Source of the DNA: Pyrodictium abyssi
GTDB lineage: Archaea > Thermoproteota > Thermoprotei_A > Sulfolobales > Pyrodictiaceae
Length of the DNA: 32,000 bases
NCBI RefSeq assembly: GCF_036323395.1
Contig: NZ_AP028907.1
Span: forward strand, 1,920,001 to 1,952,000
Direction of reading: 5' to 3'
The translations under genes were made by a program, and so were the position numbers. Under the pieces are notes generated by a model. The model was not told the DNA's origin, did no database searches, and saw nothing but the letters and a program-made list of their open reading frames with translations. Positions 16,232 through 23,752 of the stretch are shown here, one piece after another. Numbering within the stretch: position 1 is the first letter of the stretch; each line of letters opens with the position of its first letter.

Positions 16232-16546
16232 GTGCGCATACGTGCTGCTCTATCCGTGGCTGCTCTGCTCACACTGGTCTCCACACAGCTAGCCCTGGTG
16301 GCCTACGCGCAGACCGAGACCACGACCAACGTGAGCATACCAGCTGTCGAGAAGGTAGTTGGTACTGCCGACTACCTGGCGGGGAAGCTGAAGACATTGG
16401 CCTCGGCGGTCATAGTGATAGCGGGGCTTGTCGGCGTCATAAACTACGCTACGGGCAAGGGGCCGGAGTGGCTCTGGAGAGCAGCAATGGCTGCTGTGCT
16501 GGTGGCTGCGTTCTTCTGGTTCATAGGCTACGTTATGGGCGGGTGA
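16232..16546 (+). CDS. VirB2/TrbC/TedC-like conjugative pilin candidate
   Basis: Sec-type signal peptide (MRIRAALSVAALLTLVSTQLALVAYA-QTE), then two hydrophobic helices (LKTLASAVIVIAGLVGVINYA and LWRAAMAAVLVAAFFWFIGYVMGG) joined by a short polar loop TGKGPEW. GGAGGTGG precedes GTG 16232; the track start is 16223. It occupies the virB2 position relative to the VirB4-like gene. Confidence 0.5.
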   Translation: MRIRAALSVAALLTLVSTQLALVAYAQTETTTNVSIPAVEKVVGTADYLAGKLKTLASAVIVIAGLVGVINYATGKGPEWLWRAAMAAVLVAAFFWFIGYVMGG

Positions 16547-16553
16547 CTGGGCC

Positions 16554-17081
16554 GTGCCCCGCCTAGTCTCGGTTTTTAGCATCCCGGACCTCGGCTGGCT
16601 GGAGGAGCCGATAGCGTACCGGTTCGGCGTGGCTATCCGCGTCCGCCACCTCCTGGGGGTGTTCGCCGGCGTCTTCGCTCTCGTGGCGGGCGCGCCGCTC
16701 GAGGCAGCCGCAGCGGTGGCTGGCGCCGGGTTGGTGCTGGGAGCGCTCCCCGTGAAGCCGCCGCTGGGCAAGATGCTTGCCCGCCGCGAGCCCCCGAGGG
16801 AGACTGTCTACTGGGCGCCTATGGGCAGCATACTGGTCTACGTGGTCGTCGAGGAGCCCGGGGAGCTAGTGGTGCTCGTAGACGGGAGGGAGCACGACAG
16901 GCTCCGCGCATCCCCCGGCGTAGCCCGGCTGGAGGTGGCCGGCCTAGAGCCGGGCGAGCACACCATACGCGTCGTGGCCGGCCGGGTTCTCCGGGAGCTG
17001 CGAGTCCTCTCGGGAGAGCCCCGTGCCCAGCCAAAAGAAGCAGGGGCGAGAACAGGGGCGGGACAAAGGAGGGAAGCCTAG
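16554..17081 (+). CDS. small membrane protein in the VirB3 position, with a C-terminal beta-rich domain
   Basis: GTG start 7 nt after the upstream stop. It has a hydrophobic hairpin HLLGVFAGVFALVAGAPLEAAAAVAGAGLVLGAL followed by a beta-strand-rich region (GEHTIRVV). The assignment is positional only. Confidence 0.4.
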   Translation: MPRLVSVFSIPDLGWLEEPIAYRFGVAIRVRHLLGVFAGVFALVAGAPLEAAAAVAGAGLVLGALPVKPPLGKMLARREPPRETVYWAPMGSILVYVVVEEPGELVVLVDGREHDRLRASPGVARLEVAGLEPGEHTIRVVAGRVLRELRVLSGEPRAQPKEAGARTGAGQRREA

Positions 17082-18891
17082 GCCCCGCGAGCCCGGCCTC
17101 ATTTTGCAGGTTAATGGCTACCCCTTCGCCGCGCTGCCCGAGAAGGAGAGGGACCGGTTTCTATCCAAGTGGACAGCGCTACTCAACGCCGCCGCGGGCA
17201 GAGCCCGGGTAAGCGTCTACGCCATGTGGGACGCTGTGGAGGGGTTCCGGTTCCGGCGGCTACTGTTCTTCACAGAGGGCCTCGACCCCGGCCTCCTGGC
17301 CCAGCTCGGCTACGAGCCGAGGCCGGCAGCGGAGCCCTACAGGCCTAGGCCCGTGAAGGCTACGAGAGGGCTTCTCGAGCTGGAGGACGGCAGCTACGCT
17401 AGAGCGTACACCGTTATGAGGCTGCCTGACTCGCTGCCGGAGGCATGGCCCCTAGAGCTCGGCTACGCTGCTGACGAGGTCCACCTGCTCCTGGAGCCCG
17501 TGGAGCCCGCCCGGGCGCGGGGGATGCTCGACCGGAAGCTCTCGATGCTCATGAGCGCGCAGCAGGGCAGCGTTACATGGCAGCTGGAGAGCGAGGCCTA
17601 CCGGCTGCAGCAGCTACAGCAGCTCCTAGGCGGCAAGGCCCGGCTCGTAAAGATAGCCATCGTGATCATTGTGAGGGGCTCCAGCCTCGGGGAGGTCCGT
17701 GAGAGGGCTAGGAGGCTCGAGGAGCTCCTATCCTCGAGGATGGTGGAGTACGCTTCGGGGCCCGGGTTCTACCAGCGCCGCCTCTACAACCTCGAATGGA
17801 CAGTACCAGTGTTCCACTACATCGATACTCTGAGTGCGCAGGCGCTGTACCCGCTGGTGCAGGAGCAGCTGGCCGACTTCGGCGGCTTCTATCTCGGCTA
17901 CGACCTCGACACGGGGGAGCCCGTGGTCTACAACCCCTACGCCCGGCCCAACTACAACGTCGTGGTGCTGGGCGAGAGCGGCTCCGGGAAGAGCATGACC
18001 CTGAAGGTCTACGTCCGGCGCTGGTGGGCCGCCGGGCTGGGCCAGCAGGTCATAATCGTAGACCCTGAGGGCGAGTACGTGGGGATACGAGAGTACCTGG
18101 CGACCGGCCTCGCCGGCTACGAGCTCAGCAAGGACGCTGCGGAGGAGCGGGGCGGCCTCGGCCTAGACCCCGTCAAGCTATACCGGCGGGGAGTCATTGG
18201 CCTCGACGAGGCTGTCGACGTAGTGCAGGAGTTCTACCGTGTCCCCGACGAACTCCGGGGCGAGCTGGTGGAGGCTGTCTCGGAGTCCGAGAGCGTCCTC
18301 GGCGCCGCCAGGCTGGCAGAGGAGAGGGGCACGGGGCTGGAGAGGTACCTGAAGGCCGCCGGGGCCGACTCATGGATATACGAGGGGGAGCCCCCGCTGC
18401 CCACAGGCCGCGGCGCTGTCTACACCCTCGCTGGCATTAGGTCCCGTAGGGCCCGTGCACTAGTAGGAGCGCTTCTAGCGCTCGTGGTGTCCTCGAGGCT
18501 CCGCAACTCGTTGCTAGTAGTAGATGAGGGATGGATGTTCGCACAGTACCCAGCGCTAATGGCAATGTTCGCCGACATAGCGAGGAGAGGCCGCAAGAGG
18601 GGCGTAAACTTCGTGTTCGCCAGCCAGCGGCCGCACGATGTCCTCCGCTCGGAGCACGGCAGGACAATCCTAGAGCAGTCGGCCACCGTGCTTCTACTAC
18701 GCTTGAACGAGGCCTCCCTGGAGGCGGTCAAGCCCATCTATAATCTCAGCGAGGCCGAGGAGGAGCAGCTCCTCGACGCCGAGCCCGGCCAAGGCATCCT
18801 ACGGGTAGCCGGCGGGTGGAGGCTCCGGGTCTACGTGCAGCCCACGCCGGAGGAGCTCCGCGTCTTCAGCACCCGGCCCGGTGAGTGGTAG
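17023..18891 (+). CDS. VirB4/TrbE/CedB-like conjugation ATPase
   Basis: Walker A GESGSGKS (17971-17994), Walker B LLVVDEGWMF (a DE[AG]W type as in VirB4) and FVFASQRP. About 620 aa. The start is uncertain: GTG 17023 overlaps the upstream gene by 59 nt, and TTG 17104 is the alternative. Confidence 0.8.
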   Translation: MPSQKKQGREQGRDKGGKPRPREPGLILQVNGYPFAALPEKERDRFLSKWTALLNAAAGRARVSVYAMWDAVEGFRFRRLLFFTEGLDPGLLAQLGYEPRPAAEPYRPRPVKATRGLLELEDGSYARAYTVMRLPDSLPEAWPLELGYAADEVHLLLEPVEPARARGMLDRKLSMLMSAQQGSVTWQLESEAYRLQQLQQLLGGKARLVKIAIVIIVRGSSLGEVRERARRLEELLSSRMVEYASGPGFYQRRLYNLEWTVPVFHYIDTLSAQALYPLVQEQLADFGGFYLGYDLDTGEPVVYNPYARPNYNVVVLGESGSGKSMTLKVYVRRWWAAGLGQQVIIVDPEGEYVGIREYLATGLAGYELSKDAAEERGGLGLDPVKLYRRGVIGLDEAVDVVQEFYRVPDELRGELVEAVSESESVLGAARLAEERGTGLERYLKAAGADSWIYEGEPPLPTGRGAVYTLAGIRSRRARALVGALLALVVSSRLRNSLLVVDEGWMFAQYPALMAMFADIARRGRKRGVNFVFASQRPHDVLRSEHGRTILEQSATVLLLRLNEASLEAVKPIYNLSEAEEEQLLDAEPGQGILRVAGGWRLRVYVQPTPEELRVFSTRPGEW

Positions 18892-20342
18892 TGCGGCGGC
18901 TCGAGGCCCTAGCCCTCGCCATGGTTCTAGCGCCAGCGCTGCTCGCTGTAGGCGTCCTAGCAGAGGCTGCATACGATAAGCTGCACACACAACTGGAGGA
19001 CTACGGGCTCGAGGACACGGCGTACCGGGACATGGAGGCCACAGCGACCTACACCGTGTCCAACCCGTTGACTGGCGTCTCTCCGCCGCCCTGGAGTCCT
19101 ACGTGGTCGCCGAAGAGCCCCGCCATGCTGACATGCACTTGCAGCCCCACAGCGGACGACCCGAATATCCATGGCGCACCAAGGACCATACTAACGCTGG
19201 GTGAAGGCGAGGCCGTAACCGAGACCGTGACATGGAGCGTCGGGGAAGCTGCCTCTCTTGGCACCCACACGTTGGCATACATGTGTACATGTAAGTATCT
19301 GGAGTGGCAGCGGTACATGGTGAAAACGAAGACCAACATAACCACCACTACGACGGTGAACGACACGACAACCACAACAACCACCACGACCACGGTAACA
19401 AGGACAAAGACGAGAACGAGGACAGTGACCACGACCCTCAGCGACGCCGCCACGCTGATGGTCATACCCCGCCGTGTTAACGAGACGCTGCTAGGCCTCG
19501 ACCTCAACGTGAGCTTGCTGCAGGTGCTCGTGGACTACCCTGTGCCCGGGCAGAGCTCAGCCCTTGTCAACATGACTGTGAGGCTCTACAACTTCGGCCT
19601 AGGATTAGGGAACGCAACGCTGCCACGGGAAGACGGGATGCTGCTCCTCCACAACCTGGCAGTCATGGTTAACGGTGTTCCGGTGATAAGATGCGATAGG
19701 TTCTGCGCCCCCGCCCAGCCACTGCCGGTAGCCGGCGAGCCTGTACCCAGCGTCTCGGGGAGCGCGGAGCTGGTCCTAACGCCGCCCCGCGAGCCCGGCA
19801 ACGAGTATATGCTCAACATAACGATATGCTACACCGAGGACAGGCCGGAGCCCGTAACCACCTGCGTCGAGGACCGGCTGCCGGTCTTCCTGCCCTTCAA
19901 GTGGCGCCTAACCGTGCTCATGGACGACGCCTGCAGGGTCTACAACAGGCTATGGGAGATAGTGCCGCTGGGCGAGCCCAGCGCAGAGACCGTGGTGGCC
20001 GACGCGGCGAAACCCGGACTCCGGGAGGAGCGCGGCTGCATAGTAGCCGCTGCCGGCGCATGCGAGAGCGTGGAGCTACAGGTAGATGGCGACGGAGTAC
20101 CCGTGGCCTCGAGGGCGGGCAGAGGGGAGGCAAAATGGTGCCCCATGGAGCCTGGGGTCTACACTGCTAGGGCCGTCGACGAGTACGGGAACGTGGTTAC
20201 AGGCACGTTCACGATAACATGGTCCGCTGGGCCGCCGCCGGCGCTGAAGCATGCGCTGCTGAGGCTAGCCCTCACCCTCGTAGCCCTCATGGCTATGGCA
20301 TACATATTGGCTGGCGGTAGATGGCCGCTCCGAGGGCTCTAA
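18885..20342 (+). CDS. secreted, C-terminally anchored Thr-rich glycoprotein
   Basis: The start overlaps the VirB4-like stop (GTGAGTGGTAGTG). Signal peptide MVVRRLEALALAMVLAPALLAVGVLAEA. A Thr tract and many N-x-S/T sequons are present. C-terminal TM segment LLRLALTLVALMAMAYILAGG. Confidence 0.65.
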   Translation: MVVRRLEALALAMVLAPALLAVGVLAEAAYDKLHTQLEDYGLEDTAYRDMEATATYTVSNPLTGVSPPPWSPTWSPKSPAMLTCTCSPTADDPNIHGAPRTILTLGEGEAVTETVTWSVGEAASLGTHTLAYMCTCKYLEWQRYMVKTKTNITTTTTVNDTTTTTTTTTTVTRTKTRTRTVTTTLSDAATLMVIPRRVNETLLGLDLNVSLLQVLVDYPVPGQSSALVNMTVRLYNFGLGLGNATLPREDGMLLLHNLAVMVNGVPVIRCDRFCAPAQPLPVAGEPVPSVSGSAELVLTPPREPGNEYMLNITICYTEDRPEPVTTCVEDRLPVFLPFKWRLTVLMDDACRVYNRLWEIVPLGEPSAETVVADAAKPGLREERGCIVAAAGACESVELQVDGDGVPVASRAGRGEAKWCPMEPGVYTARAVDEYGNVVTGTFTITWSAGPPPALKHALLRLALTLVALMAMAYILAGGRWPLRGL

Positions 20343-20356
20343 GCCCTAGGGCTTTT
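20341..20356. terminator. palindrome plus T-run between convergent genes
   Basis: AAGCCCTAGGGCTT (20341-20354) is a perfect palindrome that runs into TTTT. It sits exactly between the stop at 20340-20342 (+) and the stop at 20346-20348 (-). Confidence 0.4.
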
Positions 20357-20525
20357 GCATGATAAACGCTGCCAGCCAGTTGGCGTTCTGCTTCTTCTCA
20401 CGTACCCTGGTGACTGCGTCCCTATGCATGCTTTGCATGTGCCGCCCCATCAGATCTCGTACAGTCTTGTAGTCGGGCCCGGTAATGGTCTTACCACAGT
20501 AGGGACACACAGCCTTGTGCCTCAC
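20346..20525 (-). CDS. small C2H2 zinc-finger protein (59 aa, below the track cutoff)
   Basis: My own translation gives (GTG)MRHKAVCPYCGKTITGPDYKTVRDLMGRHMQSMHRDAVTRVREKKQNANWLAAFIMQKP. The CxxC...HxxxxH spacing fits C2H2 fingers common in crenarchaeal viruses and plasmids. An AT-rich AGATATA x2 region and GGTGAG lie upstream. Confidence 0.5.
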   Translation of the reverse strand: MRHKAVCPYCGKTITGPDYKTVRDLMGRHMQSMHRDAVTRVREKKQNANWLAAFIMQKP

Positions 20526-20597
20526 AGCTTCTCACCAAGAGCAATTGATACAGTTATATCTGAACTATATCTAGGTTTGTAGTACGATTTATGGTAG

Positions 20598-21142
20598 TGC
20601 ACCCGGCTTGCACGGGCTCCCGGCTTCTGGAGGAAGGTGGCCCGGGCCCAGGCTCCCCGGGAGAAGCCCTAGGCTGTAGCCCAGGCGTGTGTGCACCCGA
20701 CCACGTGGAGGCCAGAACTAGCTATAGTGTGTGTCTAGGAGCCCCGGGCCTCCAGGTGTGCCTCAGTACGGGCGCCAAACGTGCGGTCCTACTAGTGCTT
20801 GTAGCAGTCGGCGCAATATTTATAAGCTTCCTGGCATCCAAATATATGGGTGCCCCGGTTTTCATAGATCCGATTCTAGTAGCCCTTAAGCTCGGCATCG
20901 AGATAGAGGTGAGCTCCAAGGTGTGCGGCACTAGCAGCCCGGGGAGAGCCCCGGGGCGCCTAGGGCTCTCCGCACACTCCCCGGGCGGGTCGGGTTCACA
21001 CCCAGGCCCGGGCCTAGGCCGGGAACACGTGGAGGTCCCAGGGAGAGTAGCACCCTCTATCATTAGGCCACACTTTAGCTAGACTGTGGCACAGCATTCT
21101 CCGATGTCGGGTTTGCACCCTTTCCAATGCAAACCGGGTGCA
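20598..21142. repeat. 545-bp ORF-poor segment bounded by 19-bp imperfect inverted repeats
   Basis: The left end is TGCACCCGGCTTGCACGGG (20598-20616). The reverse complement of the right end (21124-21142) is TGCACCCGGTTTGCATTGG, identical at 16 of 19 positions. The interior has G+C-rich palindromic arms around an AT-rich core (about 20810-20880). Confidence 0.6.
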
Positions 21143-21195
21143 AGACCTCCGTCACCATGTTCTACTCGTGCAGACTTGTGGCGTAGACGTCACAG

Positions 21196-21229
21196 CCATT
21201 GATAATCTCTCTATCGGAGTTATCAATGG
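21196..21229. repeat. 10-bp perfect inverted repeat
   Basis: CCATTGATAA (21196-21205) and TTATCAATGG (21220-21229), separated by a 14-nt spacer. Confidence 0.7.
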
Positions 21230-21305
21230 AGGCTATGTGTACGCCGTAGACACGCGTTCTATCTCTACTGGTTCAAATACCGAGTCATAGTGTCTACATA
21301 GTCCT

Positions 21306-21337
21306 CATGGATCACTGATATACTTGAATGATCCATG
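21306..21337. repeat. 9-bp perfect inverted repeat
   Basis: CATGGATCA (21306-21314) and TGATCCATG (21329-21337), about 90 nt upstream of the 21428 start. Confidence 0.7.
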
Positions 21338-21427
21338 GAGCTGCCGTCGCCGCCTATATTGTGCCATGTGTAGCCGTGGCCCCGAGAACCGTCTCCCGGG
21401 CCGGGGAGAACACCGGGGACCCAGGGA

Positions 21428-23752
21428 ATGGGGAGAGCTAGGGCCTCGAGGAGGCTCTGGAGGCTGGGTGCCGCTGGGCTGCTGCTGGCTGGCCTAGCGC
21501 TGCCGCTACTCGCCATAGCCGCTGGCGCCGTGGAGTACCACGACTCCGTGCTGGGGTATAGCGGGGAGGGGGAGCCTGTTGAGCCGCTCCAGAGGCTAGG
21601 CTACGCCTTCGCCACGATACTGGTCTTCATCGGCGGCATTGCCTACGCGCTGGGCCGCTCGGATATCGCGAAGAGCAGCTGGGCGTGGGCAGTAACGGTG
21701 GCAGTCATAGTGGCATGGGTTTCGAGCTATAGTAGCGGGCTGCCCGGCGCCGCCGGAGAGGCCATGGTGTTCTGTCCCCCGGGGCAGTTCTACAAGGACG
21801 TGCCCGCTACGGTTGTGGTGGCGAGGCCAGGCGCCGAGGTCAGTGCCACCATTGACTGGGGCGACGGGAGCACTAGCAGCTGTTCTGGCCAAGGCTACTG
21901 CGTGGCCAGCCACGCGTACAGCGGGGAAGGGCTCTACACGATACGGGTCTCCGGTACCGCTAGCGCCCAGTGCGGTGTCGAGGTAAGGAGCCTGGGGAGC
22001 CTGCTGGAGGAGGGGTTCTCGGGGCTAGAGGCGGACTGCGGCTGGAGCCCGACCTCGTGGCCGGGCTGCATCATGGTGAACGCCGCGAAGGCTGTTGGGA
22101 AGGCCTTCGCGCTGCTGAGCGACGCTGTGGTATGGTTCTTCGCCCACAGCGGCGCCGGCGGCGTCTTCGAGAAGGTCGGGCTGATGCTCGTCACCGTGCC
22201 TGAGTCGGCGCCGCCACTCCTCGACACCCATGTCTACGCGTTGTTCCTCCTAGGCTACGCTGTGGCGGGCCTCGCTCTCTGGAGAGCGTTCTGGGAGTTC
22301 GAGAAGGGGCTGTCATGGCTGGATGCTCTCCGGGACGTAGCGTTCGTGCTGCTGGCGCTCAGCCTCGCGCAGCCGGTGTACACGTGGGCCGCCAGGCTAG
22401 TCAATAGCATGAGCATAGCCATGGCGCAGCCGGGCGTGCTGATGGCGTGGATGGCTATGCTGCTGGCCGTCACGGCTCTCGCGGCTGCGCTCCCCGTGGG
22501 CGGGGCCGGGGGCCTAGCGGCTGCCGGGGCGCTGGGCTTCGCTGGCTTCATCCTAGTAGCGCTGCTGAAGTACCTGCTGCTGGAGGCCATGTACCTGCTG
22601 CTGCCCCTCGTGGCGGTGCTCTGGCTCTTCCCCGGCACAAGGAGCGTCGCCCGGAGCATGACAAACATAGTCGTGGCGCTCATGGCGTGGAACCTAGTCC
22701 TAGCCGCGATGGTAGGGCTCTCCGCCAGGGCCCTGGCAGAGCCGGCCAGCGCCTCGCCCCTAGAGGTCATAGGCTACGGGGTAGCTCTCCCCCTGGCAAT
22801 GCTCGCCACAGGGCCCATGATAGGAGGCCTATTCGGCGCCCCACTCCCCGGGGCCGGCTTCTTCGCCGGCATGTGGGGCCGCGCCGCCGGCTTCGTGGCG
22901 ACCAGGCTAGGAGTGGCGCCACCCCAGCCACGAGCAGCACTAATGGTGGCACCAGGAGCCGTGGTAGGCCACACCGAGTACCTCCGCCCACCGACGCCAG
23001 CGATGCCGGCGCCGGGCACAACAGTAGCAGCCGGCGGAGCCCCCATAGCCTACGGCACCGCGGGGCCACCATCGCCAGCTCCGGCAAGAACCGACTGGCT
23101 CCGGCCGGCAGCAGGCCCAGGCCAGGCATGGGCCGGGCCCGAGGCAGTGTCAGGCATGGTGAGGAGGGTAGAGGAGCTCGGTAAGGGGCATGTAGGGTAT
23201 GAGGTCTCAGGCAGGGTGCCCGGGAGCCTCGAGCGCCGCTTCGCCGAGGAGGCGGCCCGGGATGCCGGCGCAGCGCTCGAGAAGCCGGGGCCGCGCGTTG
23301 AGGAGGTGCCACCAGCGACTAGGAGGATAAAGCAAGCAGCCAAGGAGGCGGCTCTTGGGCCTGTAAAGGCCGCAGCCAGGCCCCTGGCAAGAGAGTACAG
23401 GGCGATTAAGCAAGCAGTATCAGAGGTCGAGGGAGGCCGGGCAGCCAAGGCCGCCGCGCTAGGCGGCGCCGTCGCCGCCCGCCTCCACGCCTACATGTCC
23501 AATAGAGCAAGGCAGTTCATACGCGAGTTCTCAAGAGCGTTTGAGGCCCAGACCGGCATCATGGTGCCGACAAAACTCAAGCAGCTACAGTCCATCGAGT
23601 GGCAGCGCATCGAGGAGAGGATACGCACCGGAGCAGAAGCAGGCGCCATAGTCGGGCAAACTATGTACATGCGGATAAAGAAGCCCTTTGAGCGTTCGGA
23701 GCAGATAGTTAAGGCCTCTAGTGGGCGCAGCAGTGTCTACATGTACGGCTAA
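21428..23752 (+). CDS. polytopic membrane protein with PKD-like ectodomain (VirB6/TrbL/CedA-like candidate)
   Basis: 774 aa. It has a signal/TM segment and a PKD-type motif (IDWGDGSTSS...ASHAYSGEGLYTIRVSG). At least 8 hydrophobic helices follow, then a Pro/Ala-rich segment and a charged C-terminal tail. The VirB6-like call rests on topology and context only. Confidence 0.55.
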   Translation: MGRARASRRLWRLGAAGLLLAGLALPLLAIAAGAVEYHDSVLGYSGEGEPVEPLQRLGYAFATILVFIGGIAYALGRSDIAKSSWAWAVTVAVIVAWVSSYSSGLPGAAGEAMVFCPPGQFYKDVPATVVVARPGAEVSATIDWGDGSTSSCSGQGYCVASHAYSGEGLYTIRVSGTASAQCGVEVRSLGSLLEEGFSGLEADCGWSPTSWPGCIMVNAAKAVGKAFALLSDAVVWFFAHSGAGGVFEKVGLMLVTVPESAPPLLDTHVYALFLLGYAVAGLALWRAFWEFEKGLSWLDALRDVAFVLLALSLAQPVYTWAARLVNSMSIAMAQPGVLMAWMAMLLAVTALAAALPVGGAGGLAAAGALGFAGFILVALLKYLLLEAMYLLLPLVAVLWLFPGTRSVARSMTNIVVALMAWNLVLAAMVGLSARALAEPASASPLEVIGYGVALPLAMLATGPMIGGLFGAPLPGAGFFAGMWGRAAGFVATRLGVAPPQPRAALMVAPGAVVGHTEYLRPPTPAMPAPGTTVAAGGAPIAYGTAGPPSPAPARTDWLRPAAGPGQAWAGPEAVSGMVRRVEELGKGHVGYEVSGRVPGSLERRFAEEAARDAGAALEKPGPRVEEVPPATRRIKQAAKEAALGPVKAAARPLAREYRAIKQAVSEVEGGRAAKAAALGGAVAARLHAYMSNRARQFIREFSRAFEAQTGIMVPTKLKQLQSIEWQRIEERIRTGAEAGAIVGQTMYMRIKKPFERSEQIVKASSGRSSVYMYG

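Noticed and set aside
20591-21082. Track ORFs 20591..21082 (+, 163 aa) and 20722..21063 (-, 113 aa) as genes
   Set aside because: They are mutually antisense and Gly/Pro-rich, and they span a region dominated by palindromes and direct repeats. A single hydrophobic stretch coincides with the AT-rich core. I treat the region as non-coding, though a small membrane protein cannot be fully excluded.
21596-23448. Numerous alternative-frame ORFs inside the 774-aa membrane protein gene (e.g. 22447..23184, 22767..23312, 22255..22770)
   Set aside because: Their Arg/Pro/Gly-rich composition marks them as shadow frames. The + frame chosen has coherent TM helices and a PKD motif.
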